DNA from: Paracoccaceae bacterium
Lineage (GTDB): Bacteria; Pseudomonadota; Alphaproteobacteria; Rhodobacterales; Rhodobacteraceae
Assembly (NCBI GenBank): GCA_045565285.1
Contig: JBJLFR010000010.1
Span: forward strand, 3,344 to 67,343
DNA: 64,000 nt
Direction: 5' to 3'
In this document: in pieces, positions 1 through 9,357 of the stretch
How positions within the stretch are numbered: position 1 is the stretch's first letter
How the letters are laid out: every line of letters starts with the position of its first letter
Made by a program: the position numbers and the translations under genes
Notes under the pieces: generated by a model
The model's input: the letters and a program-made list of their open reading frames with translations, nothing else
What the model was told of the DNA's origin: nothing
Database searches by the model: none

Positions 1-161
1 TATTTGAAATCATCACCTCTTTGATTTGCAACTAAAATAAAAATGAAATTGTAAGATTTGACTATTTAATTTTGATACTAATGCTCTTAGTAAATCAATT
101 TACAGATTGGCCCTTTTTTTGCAACTAATTGTTATTTTATTAATATAAAATAGCTATTTCT

Positions 162-2240
162 ATGGACAAGATTAAAGAAGAATTACCGCTAAAAAATGAA
201 TATCATGAGGCCTATAACAAGAAGGAAGTTTTTCCCAAAGAATCTGGATACTTAAATCATGATATTCTAAATAAGGTTCCAAAGAATAAAAAAACTCAAA
301 AGGTTTTTGGTTCTCTAAATAAATTACAAAAATCTAATTCATCCAAAAGTCCACCAAAGGAAACCATAAATCAATTTTTAAATCTTTATAATAAAGGAAA
401 GCTGTCTGCTTTAATTGATCAAGCTGAGGTTCTTATAAAGCAATATCCCAAATCTTTTATGATCTGGAATATAATGGGAGCGGTAAAACAAAGATTAGGA
501 CAGGTTGAAGATGCCTCTTTCGCCTTCAAGAAGGTAACATCGTTAAATCCAACATACGCAGGTGGTTACAATAATCTTGGTATTATCTTACAAGAACAAG
601 GGAAAATTAAAGAGGCGATGGAGGCTTACAAAAAAGCAATTTATATTAAGCCAAATTATGCAGAGGTATATAGTAACATAGGTAATATTTTAAAAGAGCA
701 ATCGAAGTTAGATGAGGCTATAGAGATTTATAAAAAAGCTTTATTACTGAAGCCAGATTATGCAGAGGCCTATAATTACATGGGTATTGCTCTTGAAGAG
801 CAAGGTAAGTTAGATGAAGCGATTGAGGCTTACAACAAAGCAATTTCCTTTGAGCCTCATTATGCTGACGCATATTTAAATTTAGGTCTCGTACTTCATG
901 ATCAAGGAAAATTAGATGAGGCAATAGAGGTATATAATAAGGCTCTATCATTTAAGCCGGATTATGCTTTAGCTCATAATAATATAGGGCTTGCTCTCAA
1001 AGAAAAAGGAAACCTAAATAGAGCGCTTGAGGCTTATAAAAAAGCAATTTCTTATCAGCCTGATTTCGCTGACGCTTATTTAAACTTAGGTCTCGTTTTC
1101 CAAGATCAAGGTAAGTTAAATGAGGCCCTAGATGCTTACAAAAAAGCACTATCATTGAAACCAAATTATGCATTGGCCTACAGCAGTATGGGCAAGACAC
1201 TTCAAGACCAAGGAAACCTAAATAGTGCAATAGAGGTTTATAAGACGGCACTCTCAATTAAGCCTAACGATGCAGATACTCATAAAAACTTGAGTTTTTC
1301 ACTTCTGAATAGTGGAAGACTTAAGGAAGGCTTTGAAGAATATGAATGGCGTTTCAAAATTTCCAATAGTTTAATTAAGAATAGAAACTTTTCAAAGCCT
1401 TTGTGGGATGGAAAAAAAAGTTTGAAAGGTAAGAAAATTTTACTTTGGAGTGAGCAGGGTATTGGAGATACTATAAATTGGTGCTCTTTGTTATCATTTG
1501 TTAACTCACAAGTGGATCACTGTATTTTGGAATGTCCGGAAAAACTTGTTCCGTTATTAACTCGATCATTTCCAAAAGTAGAGATCAAGTCTGATTGCAT
1601 GGGTTTTGATAAAGAAAGTTTTGATTTTCATATCCCAATGGGAAGCCTTTACAAACATTTTTTATTTAAGTTTTCTCAAGAATACAAACCTTATAATTTT
1701 CTTATTCCCGATCCGCATAGGGTCAAGTTTTGGAAAGAACGACTTAAATCTCTGGGAAACGGTCCTTATGTTGGTATAAGCTGGAAAAGCTCAGAAATGT
1801 CGCCTAACCGTTTACCTAATTATGCTTCTATATCTGAGTGGTCTCCTATACTTACACTTTCTGACATAACCTTTATAAATCTTCAATATCAAGATTTTGT
1901 GGATGATTTAAACAATATCAAAAATAAATTGGGTGTAATGGTTCATAACTTTAATGATTTGGATCATTTCAATAATTTAGACGATGTAGTTGCTCTATGT
2001 GCTGCACTTGATGTTATTGTATCTATTAAAAATATAGTCCCTACAATCTCAGCAGGAGTTGGGACCTTAACTAAACTTGCTAATTGGCGACAAAGCCCAT
2101 GGAATAACGTTTTACTTAATCCTCTCAGCCCTTCGGTTAAAATATTTGAAAGAGATACATGGGAGCCTTGGGAAAATATCTTTAGATCAATTTCCAAAGA
2201 AATTATAGAAATAAAAAATAGTTCAAAACATAATGGATAA
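162..2240 (+). CDS. TPR-repeat protein with C-terminal GT9-like (heptosyltransferase-like) domain
   Basis: 692-aa ORF. About nine consecutive 34-aa TPR units (recurrent 'EAIEAYxKAxxxKPxYAxAYxNxG...GKLDEA', roughly aa 95-400), visible as a 102-nt DNA periodicity around 480-1290. The C-terminal ~280 aa carry 'GKKILLWSEQGIGDTI', reminiscent of GT9-type sugar transferases. Confidence 0.6.
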   Translation: MDKIKEELPLKNEYHEAYNKKEVFPKESGYLNHDILNKVPKNKKTQKVFGSLNKLQKSNSSKSPPKETINQFLNLYNKGKLSALIDQAEVLIKQYPKSFMIWNIMGAVKQRLGQVEDASFAFKKVTSLNPTYAGGYNNLGIILQEQGKIKEAMEAYKKAIYIKPNYAEVYSNIGNILKEQSKLDEAIEIYKKALLLKPDYAEAYNYMGIALEEQGKLDEAIEAYNKAISFEPHYADAYLNLGLVLHDQGKLDEAIEVYNKALSFKPDYALAHNNIGLALKEKGNLNRALEAYKKAISYQPDFADAYLNLGLVFQDQGKLNEALDAYKKALSLKPNYALAYSSMGKTLQDQGNLNSAIEVYKTALSIKPNDADTHKNLSFSLLNSGRLKEGFEEYEWRFKISNSLIKNRNFSKPLWDGKKSLKGKKILLWSEQGIGDTINWCSLLSFVNSQVDHCILECPEKLVPLLTRSFPKVEIKSDCMGFDKESFDFHIPMGSLYKHFLFKFSQEYKPYNFLIPDPHRVKFWKERLKSLGNGPYVGISWKSSEMSPNRLPNYASISEWSPILTLSDITFINLQYQDFVDDLNNIKNKLGVMVHNFNDLDHFNNLDDVVALCAALDVIVSIKNIVPTISAGVGTLTKLANWRQSPWNNVLLNPLSPSVKIFERDTWEPWENIFRSISKEIIEIKNSSKHNG

Positions 2241-2389
2241 AAATAAATTTAAACTAAGTAAAAGTATTTAACTTCAGTGACTTATTAATATTTATAAAAG
2301 TAGGTTAATAAGTTGAATAGAAAGGTGCCTAAAATGATTTTTTTTCGAAATTAATATCTAATAAGAGATTACTTTAGAGGTTTAATATA

Positions 2390-3196
2390 ATGATTAAAAA
2401 AGATTTTATTGTGGTGATCCCAGCTAGAATTAGTTCTGGTAGATTAGCCAGAAAACCTCTCGCGGATATTTGTGGTAAACCAATGATTTTACATACTTAT
2501 GAACGTGCTCTTGAGGCAACCGATCCTGAGAATATATTCATTGCTACTGATACAGAAGAAATAATGAGAGTATGCCAAAAAGTAGGAGCTAATTCTGTTT
2601 TAACATCTAAATCATGTAAAACTGGGACCGATCGTATTGCGGAGCTATCGAAAATTATCAAGGCCAAATCTTATATTAACCTTCAGGGTGATGAACCTCT
2701 AATGGATCCAAAAAATATAGAAAAAATGATCGCTTCTAGTATTAAACATCCTGATAAAATCATAAATGGTTGGGCCAAGATACAAACTAAAAAGGAATAC
2801 TTTTCTAGGACAATTCCTAAAGTAGTTTTAAAAAATAATGATAGTTTAATGTATATGAGTAGATCCCCAATTCCAGGTAATAAAAAAAATGAGTTTATAA
2901 ATGCTAAAAAACAAATATGTGTTTATAGTTTTCCATATTCAGCTCTTGAGTTCATGATAAAAAATCCTTTTAAAGCGCCTGTGGAGGATATTGAAGACAT
3001 TGAAATACTAAGATTTCTTGAACAAGGATGGTACATCAAGATGATTGAGTTGTATGGTAATTCAATAGCAGTTGATACTCCAAGTGATTTGCAAAGAGTA
3101 CGAAAAAAAATGACTCAAATAATTACCAGACAAAATAAAACTTACCAAACAATGGAAAGCATTAATAACCAAGCCCTTGAGTTGGAAAATGTATAA
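2390..3196 (+). CDS. kdsB: 3-deoxy-manno-octulosonate cytidylyltransferase-like CMP-sugar synthase
   Basis: 268-aa ORF. 'VVIPARISSGRLARKPLADICGKPMILHTYERA' and 'NLQGDEPLM' match KdsB/NeuA-type cytidylyltransferase signatures. AGAGG-like RBS about 8 nt upstream of the ATG. Confidence 0.7.
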   Translation: MIKKDFIVVIPARISSGRLARKPLADICGKPMILHTYERALEATDPENIFIATDTEEIMRVCQKVGANSVLTSKSCKTGTDRIAELSKIIKAKSYINLQGDEPLMDPKNIEKMIASSIKHPDKIINGWAKIQTKKEYFSRTIPKVVLKNNDSLMYMSRSPIPGNKKNEFINAKKQICVYSFPYSALEFMIKNPFKAPVEDIEDIEILRFLEQGWYIKMIELYGNSIAVDTPSDLQRVRKKMTQIITRQNKTYQTMESINNQALELENV

Positions 3197-3265
3197 AATT
3201 TCTTCTGTATTAAATATCAAAAAAATATTTAAATTTAATCAAAATATCTGATAGTAAATATTTTG

Positions 3266-3985
3266 TTATCTTAAGTTTTTTTCTTTTACTTTAAATAATT
3301 TAGTACCATCTTGGGAAGAAATTATTGAATTTACTCTTAAATCAGTTCCTTTCCAAATCGCTAATGCTAGAAGAAAGCCTTTGGTCATTTTTGTCCAATG
3401 TTTTTCATTTGATTTATGTATTACAATATCATCAACATTTGCAACCTTTTCTCCATTATGTTCAGACCAAAATAATGCGGAACCAGCAAGTGGTACATAT
3501 GCCTCTTCAGCTAAATGCCAATGCATTTGATAATTAAGATTTGCTCCCCAATAACCTATCATTATTCTGAGGTTATTCATATTATACGGGCCATTTGGTC
3601 CTATTAAATCAAACCATCCATACCTATTTATGAAGTCAGCACCAACTTCATTTTCAGAATAGGTAATATTCCATTTCAACTCATGATTTGCTTCAACTAT
3701 GCTGTCTAAAATATTCTTAGTATTTGAAAATTTGGATGTATTAATTTTTGTAATAAGTTTTTGCACAGGCTGTATTTGTGGTAGAATTGGAATGTATTTT
3801 AAATCTTTGGAAATTTTACCACAAAATCCTATTATATCGCCTCTTGAGTTACAGAAATCTATAACATTATCTTTCAAATTTATTAGATTTTCTGATATTT
3901 CCAAAAAAAACCTTTTATTTAAAAAAAAGTACAAATACAAAAGCTGTATAAATAAGTCTAATAGTTTCCACCTTTTAAAACACAA
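3266..3985 (-). CDS. cupin-fold protein, DMSP-lyase-like (DddL/DddQ/DddK-type metal motif)
   Basis: 239-aa ORF. The C-terminal cupin has 'NYQMHWHLAEEAYVPLAGSALFW ... IHKSNEKHW', i.e. H-x-H-x3-E-x-Y plus a distal His. The preceding 'FDLIGPNGPY...IGYWG' resembles DddL as I recall it. The true start is uncertain (T-rich N-terminus). Confidence 0.5.
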   Translation of the reverse strand: MCFKRWKLLDLFIQLLYLYFFLNKRFFLEISENLINLKDNVIDFCNSRGDIIGFCGKISKDLKYIPILPQIQPVQKLITKINTSKFSNTKNILDSIVEANHELKWNITYSENEVGADFINRYGWFDLIGPNGPYNMNNLRIMIGYWGANLNYQMHWHLAEEAYVPLAGSALFWSEHNGEKVANVDDIVIHKSNEKHWTKMTKGFLLALAIWKGTDLRVNSIISSQDGTKLFKVKEKNLR

Positions 3986-4239
3986 TCATCAAAAAAATTA
4001 AAAGCTTTGTTAGAACCAATTAAAAAAAACCAGGCTACATCGTCATTTTCATCCATCTGATAAAATTTTCTGCCTGCTCTCATCTCATTTTCAATTTCTT
4101 GTGTGGCTTCATCAGAATAATTAAAAATATTGCTTATTAACCAACCATTTTCATAAACTGGTTGGTCATCTTTACATGGTTGATTATTATCAATTCTAAA
4201 TTTAAAAAAGTCTAATTTTTTTTTTAGTATAGTCATCAT
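3958..4239 (-). CDS. hypothetical protein
   Basis: 93-aa ORF on the same strand, overlapping the downstream cupin gene by 28 nt. No recognisable motif. Confidence 0.3.
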   Translation of the reverse strand: MMTILKKKLDFFKFRIDNNQPCKDDQPVYENGWLISNIFNYSDEATQEIENEMRAGRKFYQMDENDDVAWFFLIGSNKAFNFFDDCVLKGGNY

Positions 4240-4264
4240 AGTATGTCTCTAATGTATATTCATC

Positions 4265-4473
4265 TTAAGATCTGTAAATTTGTAATATAATTTCATCAGT
4301 GTAAACTGCAGCAATACATCCTTTAGTTCCATCATCATAGCTTATTAAGTTAACTTTCCAGTGATCTTTTTCATAAATTGTAATTACTTCAGCACTTACA
4401 GAAGACATTGAAATGAAAAAAAAGAAAAAATAAAAGTCATAAAATAATTAAATTTCAAAATAATTTTTTTCAT
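4265..4473 (-). pseudogene. small secreted protein, frame broken in a homopolymer tract (or sequencing error)
   Basis: The ATG at 4473 opens a Sec-type signal peptide (MKKIILKFNYFMTFIFSFF...) that stops after 25 codons. A second frame continues ...FFISMSSVSA/EVITIYEKDHWKVNLISYDDGTKGCIAAVYTDEIILQIYRS to the TAA at 4265. The junction lies in coding-strand T6/T8 runs (plus-strand A runs 4416-4430). Total length is 209 nt = 3n-1. Confidence 0.4.
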
Positions 4474-4537
4474 ATAAATCTCCTATGGTTATTTAGTAAT
4501 TCTAAAATACTATTTTTAAAAATTATAATTTATTAAG

Positions 4538-4570
4538 AGAGGTTAACTCAAAAATTCTAAGTTAACCTCT
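4538..4570 (-). terminator. stem-loop downstream of the aldehyde dehydrogenase gene (possibly bidirectional terminator)
   Basis: Perfect 11-bp inverted repeat: agaggttaact (4538-4548) and agttaacctct (4560-4570), with an 11-nt loop. It is followed by ttttatattttt on the + strand and by an A/T-rich tail on the - strand. It sits 36 nt after the stop of the 4606..6168 gene. Confidence 0.55.
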
Positions 4571-4605
4571 TTTTATATTTTTAAATTTTTCTTAATCATA
4601 ATTAA

Positions 4606-6168
4606 TTAAAAGAAACCATCTGGACTTTCAGCATATGATACTAAAACATTTTTTGTTTGTTGATAATGATTTAGCATCATTTTGTGAGTTTCCCTACCAA
4701 TACCAGAATTCTTATATCCACCAAAAGCTGCATGAGCAGGGTAGGAGTGGTAGCAGTTCACCCAAACACGACCAGCCTCAATTGCTCTTCCCATTCTATA
4801 ACAAATATTTGCATCTCTTGACCATACACCAGCTCCTAATCCATATAATGTATCATTAGCAATAGATACAGCTTCAGCTTCGTCTCTAAAAGTCGCTACT
4901 GATACAACAGGACCAAAGATTTCTTCTTGAAAAATTCGCATTGAATTATTTCCTTTAAAAGCAGTAGGTTCAACATAGTAACCACCTGAAAAATTCCCAG
5001 TCATCTCTCTTTTTTCGCCACCAAAAAGAATTTCAGCTCCTTCTTGTTTGCCAATATCAAGATACGACATTATTTTTTCAAATTGTTCATTAGATGCTTG
5101 AGCACCAACTTGAGTATTTAAATCAAATGGTGAGCCACAATTTAATGCTTTTACTCTTTCCCTCACCATTTCCATAAAGGGTTCATAAATATCTTCATGA
5201 ATTATTGCTCGCGAAGGACAGGTGCAAACTTCACCTTGATTAAAATAGGCATGAAGAAAACCTTCGACACATCTTGAAATATAATCTTCAGAACCTTCCA
5301 TAATATCTTTGAAATAGATATTTGGACTTTTACCACCAAGTTCAAGTGTTACAGGTATTAAGTTTTCAGATGCATATTGAAGTATTAATCTTCCTGTCGT
5401 TGTTTCTCCAGTAAAACCAACTTTATTTACTCTCTTACTTGAAGCTAATGGTTTCCCAGCTTCTACACCATATCCATGTACAATATTTGCAACTCCTGCT
5501 GGAAGGAGATCTCCAATAGTCTCCATTAGAACGTTTATTGAAAATGGCGTTTGTTCTGCTGGTTTTAATACTACCGCATTTCCAGCTGCTAGAGCAGGTG
5601 CAAGTTTCCATGCAGCCATTAAAATAGGGAAATTCCAAGGAATAATTTGTCCAACCACTCCTAAAGGTTCAGGATAATGATAAGCCATCATTCCAAGTGC
5701 CGAATTTCCACCTCCAGATTGCATTCCATCTATATTTCCAATTGTACCCTCTTGAGCTCTTATTGCACCAGCGAAATAACGGAAATGATCTACTGTTAAT
5801 GGGATATCTGCGGCAAATCCTTCTCTGATTGGTTTTCCATTATCTAATGTTTCAGCTAATGCAAGTTTTTCAATATTTTCCTCTATGCGGTCAGCAATTT
5901 TTAATAATATATTTGCTCTTTCTGCAGGACCAGTTTTTCCCCATGCTGGAGCAGCTTTATGTGCAGCATCTAAAGCAAAATCTATGTCCTCAGCATTTGA
6001 ACGTGGAACTTCACATATTACTTTACCAGATGTAGGGGAAATATTTTCGAAATATTTTCCTGACTTTGGTTTTTGCCATTCTCCACCAATAAAATTCTCA
6101 TAACGTGAATTTGGCTTTAGTTTTGATCCCTCATCACCAGGATAAATAAAAGGTATTGTTTGATCCAT
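4606..6168 (-). CDS. NAD(P)+-dependent aldehyde dehydrogenase (AldB/AcoD-like)
   Basis: ORF 4606..6180. '[12 protein letters not shown]', 'ELGGKSP' and the catalytic Cys in 'GEVCTCPSR' are present, and the ~520-aa length is typical of AldB-type ALDH. I prefer the ATG at 6168 because GGAGGGA lies 5 nt upstream of it. Confidence 0.85.
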   Translation of the reverse strand: MDQTIPFIYPGDEGSKLKPNSRYENFIGGEWQKPKSGKYFENISPTSGKVICEVPRSNAEDIDFALDAAHKAAPAWGKTGPAERANILLKIADRIEENIEKLALAETLDNGKPIREGFAADIPLTVDHFRYFAGAIRAQEGTIGNIDGMQSGGGNSALGMMAYHYPEPLGVVGQIIPWNFPILMAAWKLAPALAAGNAVVLKPAEQTPFSINVLMETIGDLLPAGVANIVHGYGVEAGKPLASSKRVNKVGFTGETTTGRLILQYASENLIPVTLELGGKSPNIYFKDIMEGSEDYISRCVEGFLHAYFNQGEVCTCPSRAIIHEDIYEPFMEMVRERVKALNCGSPFDLNTQVGAQASNEQFEKIMSYLDIGKQEGAEILFGGEKREMTGNFSGGYYVEPTAFKGNNSMRIFQEEIFGPVVSVATFRDEAEAVSIANDTLYGLGAGVWSRDANICYRMGRAIEAGRVWVNCYHSYPAHAAFGGYKNSGIGRETHKMMLNHYQQTKNVLVSYAESPDGFF

Positions 6169-6361
6169 AATTCCCTCCATTCATTATAATCAGACAAAAA
6201 GTAGTTACTTCAGATTATAAAGCTTATAAAAAGAGTCAAGATAACTTAGACAAACTTATAAAAAGGAAGTTTATGAATTATATAACCTTTGATCTTGATA
6301 GTTATAAATTTTATATTAAGATTACCAAAAGTTATTGGTTTTAAATAAAAAATATCAACAA

Positions 6362-7603
6362 ATGAAAAAAATTATTGTTATTGGTGCTGGTATTGTAGGT
6401 GTATCAACTGCAATTTGGCTTCAGAGAAGTGGTTGCAAAGTTATTCTTGTAGATAAAAATGGGCCTGCATCCGGTGCATCTCACGGGAATGCGGGAATTT
6501 TGGCTGCAAGTTCAATTATCCCAATTCCCAATCCTTCGCTTATAAAAAAACTACCTTTTTTTTTATTTAGTAAAAATTCACCATTATTTTATAAACTTTC
6601 TTATATCCCTTTTATGTTTCCTTTTTTGGTAAATTACTTGTCCAAAAGTAATTTACGAGAAGTAAATAAATATGCAGAACGCATGACCCCTTTAATTTAT
6701 GATACTGTTGATCAACATAAATTGTTAGCAAAAGGTACAGGTGCAGAGAAATTTATTTCATATCAAGATTATTGTTTTGGTTATGAAACAGAAAAGAATT
6801 TTTTTGATGACAAAAATGTTTGGGAGTTAAGAAAAAAACTTGAATTACCATTTGAAGTTTTTAGTGGTAATGAATTTTCTAAATTTGATCCTTTTTTCAA
6901 TGGTTTATTTGATATTGTTGTAAGATGTAAAAAACATGGAAAAATAAATGATCCAGGATTATATGTAAAAACTTTGTGTGAACACTTTATATCACAAGGT
7001 GGTGAATTAGTCTTAGAAGAAGTAAAAAATATTTTGCCATTAAATTTTAATGAGGTGCAAATTAAAATTGAAGGTGATAATTTAGTATCTAATAAAGTAG
7101 TAGTAGCAACTGGTGCGTGGTCAAAAAAGCTTTTAACAAAATTTAATATGAAAATACCTTTAGAAAGTGAGAGAGGATACCATATCGAATATATAAATCC
7201 AGATTCTTACCCTATGGCTCCTATGATGTTAACTTCTAAAAAATTTGTCATTACACCAATGAATGGTCGAATAAGGGCTGCAGGCCTTGTTGAATTTGCA
7301 GGATTAAAAACACTTAAGAGAAAACAGCCAATCAATTTATTAAAAAATAAGATAAAGAAATTATTCCCTAATTTAAAATTTGAGGATAAATCTGAATGGC
7401 TTGGTCATAGACCTGCATTAGTAGATTCATTACCTATGTTAGGTTTTTTAGACAATAAACAACAGATTTGTGTTGCTTTTGGCCATCAACATTTAGGGTT
7501 GACAGCTGGTGCTAAAACAGGCCGAATAGTATCAGATCTGATTATGGGAAAAGATATTGAATTTTATATTAAAAACTACAGTGCAGATCGATTTATGAGT
7601 TAA
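6362..7603 (+). CDS. FAD-dependent oxidoreductase, D-amino-acid dehydrogenase (DadA)-like
   Basis: 'MKKIIVIGAGIVGVSTAIWLQRSGCKVILVDK' is an FAD Rossmann fold, and 'GASHGNAGIL' and 'GHRPALVDSLPMLG' are DAO-family motifs. The ATG at 6362 is preferred over the ORF-track start at 6335. Confidence 0.75.
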   Translation: MKKIIVIGAGIVGVSTAIWLQRSGCKVILVDKNGPASGASHGNAGILAASSIIPIPNPSLIKKLPFFLFSKNSPLFYKLSYIPFMFPFLVNYLSKSNLREVNKYAERMTPLIYDTVDQHKLLAKGTGAEKFISYQDYCFGYETEKNFFDDKNVWELRKKLELPFEVFSGNEFSKFDPFFNGLFDIVVRCKKHGKINDPGLYVKTLCEHFISQGGELVLEEVKNILPLNFNEVQIKIEGDNLVSNKVVVATGAWSKKLLTKFNMKIPLESERGYHIEYINPDSYPMAPMMLTSKKFVITPMNGRIRAAGLVEFAGLKTLKRKQPINLLKNKIKKLFPNLKFEDKSEWLGHRPALVDSLPMLGFLDNKQQICVAFGHQHLGLTAGAKTGRIVSDLIMGKDIEFYIKNYSADRFMS

Positions 7604-7621
7604 ATAAATTAGGAGGAGAAA

Positions 7622-8599
7622 ATGAAGAACTTTAAGATATTTATATATTCATTTATATTTATAAATCTTTCTTTATTCGGAATCGTTCATGCCGAAAAAT
7701 GGGATATGCCAATGGCTTATTCTGCAACAAATTTTCATTCTGAGTACGGTGTAGTATTTGCTGATAAAGTTAAAGAATATACAAATGGAGAACTTGAAAT
7801 TACTGTTCATCCAGGAGGCTCTTTATTTAAAGGTGGAGAAATAAAAAGAGCGGTACAAACAGGCCAAGCACCAATCGGTGAAAGATTTATGTCTGCTCAT
7901 GCAAACGAAGCTCCACTGTTGGGTTGGGATAACCTTCCTTTTCTAGCAACAACTTATGATGATAATAATAAACTATGGTCGGTTGCTAAAGATAAAGTTA
8001 ATAAACAGCTTTCTGAATTAAATCTTGTAGCACTTTATACTTGTCCTTGGCCTGGGCAAGGATTTTATTTTAAGAAAGAAGTCAAATCTAGTTCAGATAC
8101 TCAGGGAGTAAAATTTCGTTCTTATAATGCAGCAACTGCTACATTTGCAAAAGAATTAGGTATGTTACCAGTTCAGGTTGAAGCAGCAGAACTGAGTCAA
8201 GCATTAGCAACTGGTGTTGCTGAAGCATTTATATCATCTGGTTCTACAGGCTATGACCGAAAAGTTTGGGAACACTTAACTCACTATTATAAAGTTAATG
8301 CATGGTTGCCAAGAAATTATGTAATTATTAATAAAGGGATATATGAAGGCCTTTCTGATAATATAAGAAATGCGTTACATAAAGCTGCAGATGAAACTGG
8401 AGCTGCATGTTCTGCAAAATCTGCAGAATTAGCAAATTGGTATTTTGAACAATTAGAATCTAATGGTATGACAGTTACAGATGCTGGCCCTGATTTTTTA
8501 AAAGAATTAAAAGCCATTGGTGCTAAAATGCAATCTGAGTGGTTAAATACTGTTGGTTCTGAAGGTCAAGCCATAGTTGATGCTTATAATAAGATGTAA
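7622..8599 (+). CDS. dctP: TRAP transporter substrate-binding protein (DctP family), system 1
   Basis: 325-aa ORF with a signal peptide and a DctP-like core ('ITVHPGGSLFKGGEIKRAVQTGQAPIGERFMS'). Strong AGGAGG RBS. Followed by dctQ and dctM. Confidence 0.85.
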   Translation: MKNFKIFIYSFIFINLSLFGIVHAEKWDMPMAYSATNFHSEYGVVFADKVKEYTNGELEITVHPGGSLFKGGEIKRAVQTGQAPIGERFMSAHANEAPLLGWDNLPFLATTYDDNNKLWSVAKDKVNKQLSELNLVALYTCPWPGQGFYFKKEVKSSSDTQGVKFRSYNAATATFAKELGMLPVQVEAAELSQALATGVAEAFISSGSTGYDRKVWEHLTHYYKVNAWLPRNYVIINKGIYEGLSDNIRNALHKAADETGAACSAKSAELANWYFEQLESNGMTVTDAGPDFLKELKAIGAKMQSEWLNTVGSEGQAIVDAYNKM

Positions 8600-8608
8600 T
8601 CAAAATAG

Positions 8609-8635
8609 CCTAACCCTACTTCATTTGGGGTTAGG
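8609..8635 (+). promoter_or_regulatory. intercistronic stem-loop between dctP and dctQ
   Basis: cctaaccc (8609-8616) pairs with gggttagg (8628-8635), leaving an 11-nt loop. There is no U-tract, so it is more likely an mRNA-stability or attenuating hairpin than a full terminator. Confidence 0.4.
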
Positions 8636-8643
8636 TATACATT

Positions 8644-9357
8644 ATGAATGATTGGTCAAATTTTATTGGTTTGCCACTTTGGTTTTGGCTTTTTATTTTG
8701 CCATCTTTAGTTTGTTTATTTTGTTTATTTTTTCAAAATAAGCTAGAATATTTCTTTCTACCAATTTGGAAAATATTAGATTTTATTTATCACTTATCTG
8801 GTATTATTGCGGCAATAAGCATGTGTTTGATATTGCTTATTATAATTGCACAAATGGTCACAAGGTGGACAGGAATTATTTTTGAAGGTTCCACAGAATT
8901 TGCAGGATATGCAATGGCATCAACTTCTTTTTTTGCTTTAGCATATGCTTTAGGTAAAGGTTCTCATATAAGAGTATCAATTTTTTTAAATTTAAATTCC
9001 TTTACAAAAAAATGGCTGGATGTTTTTGCTTTATTTATTGCTTCTATAATTGCTACTTTTTTTGCTAGATATGCAATAAAAACAAATTTTATGTCTGAAA
9101 TTTTAAATGATAGAACTCAAGGACAAGATCAAATTCCTGAGGCAATTATTTACAGTTTAAAAATGTTTATCACGTTTCCTTCAGATTGGATTATACTTTG
9201 GTCGAATTATGAAGGGAAATGGGTATTTACACCAGTTTGGATTCCACAATTACCTATGTCTATTGGAACTATTTTACTTGCAATTTGTTTATGGGATCAT
9301 CTTTTAAGACTTCTTGTTACAAAAAAATCAGCAATAAAATCAAACATTGTTAAATGA
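8644..9357 (+). CDS. dctQ: TRAP transporter small permease (DctQ family), system 1
   Basis: 237-aa polytopic membrane ORF located between dctP and dctM. Its stop overlaps the dctM start (ATGA). Confidence 0.75.
   Translation: MNDWSNFIGLPLWFWLFILPSLVCLFCLFFQNKLEYFFLPIWKILDFIYHLSGIIAAISMCLILLIIIAQMVTRWTGIIFEGSTEFAGYAMASTSFFALAYALGKGSHIRVSIFLNLNSFTKKWLDVFALFIASIIATFFARYAIKTNFMSEILNDRTQGQDQIPEAIIYSLKMFITFPSDWIILWSNYEGKWVFTPVWIPQLPMSIGTILLAICLWDHLLRLLVTKKSAIKSNIVK

Noticed and set aside
718-1257. ORFs 718..951 and 997..1257 on the minus strand inside the TPR gene.
   Set aside because: They are antisense to a strongly supported TPR-repeat CDS. Their open frames are a by-product of the repetitive, codon-biased sense strand, and they carry no motifs or RBS.
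3241-3266. 8-bp inverted repeat caaaatat/atattttg between the kdsB-like and cupin genes as a bidirectional terminator.
   Set aside because: The stem is almost entirely A-T, with a 10-nt loop. Such palindromes are frequent by chance in this composition, so its stability is doubtful.
4635-6103. Four short ORFs (4635..4859, 5435..5638, 5829..6035, 5885..6103) overlapping the aldehyde dehydrogenase gene.
   Set aside because: They are out-of-frame or antisense readings within a full-length ALDH that has all catalytic motifs. Their translations are low-complexity with no family resemblance.
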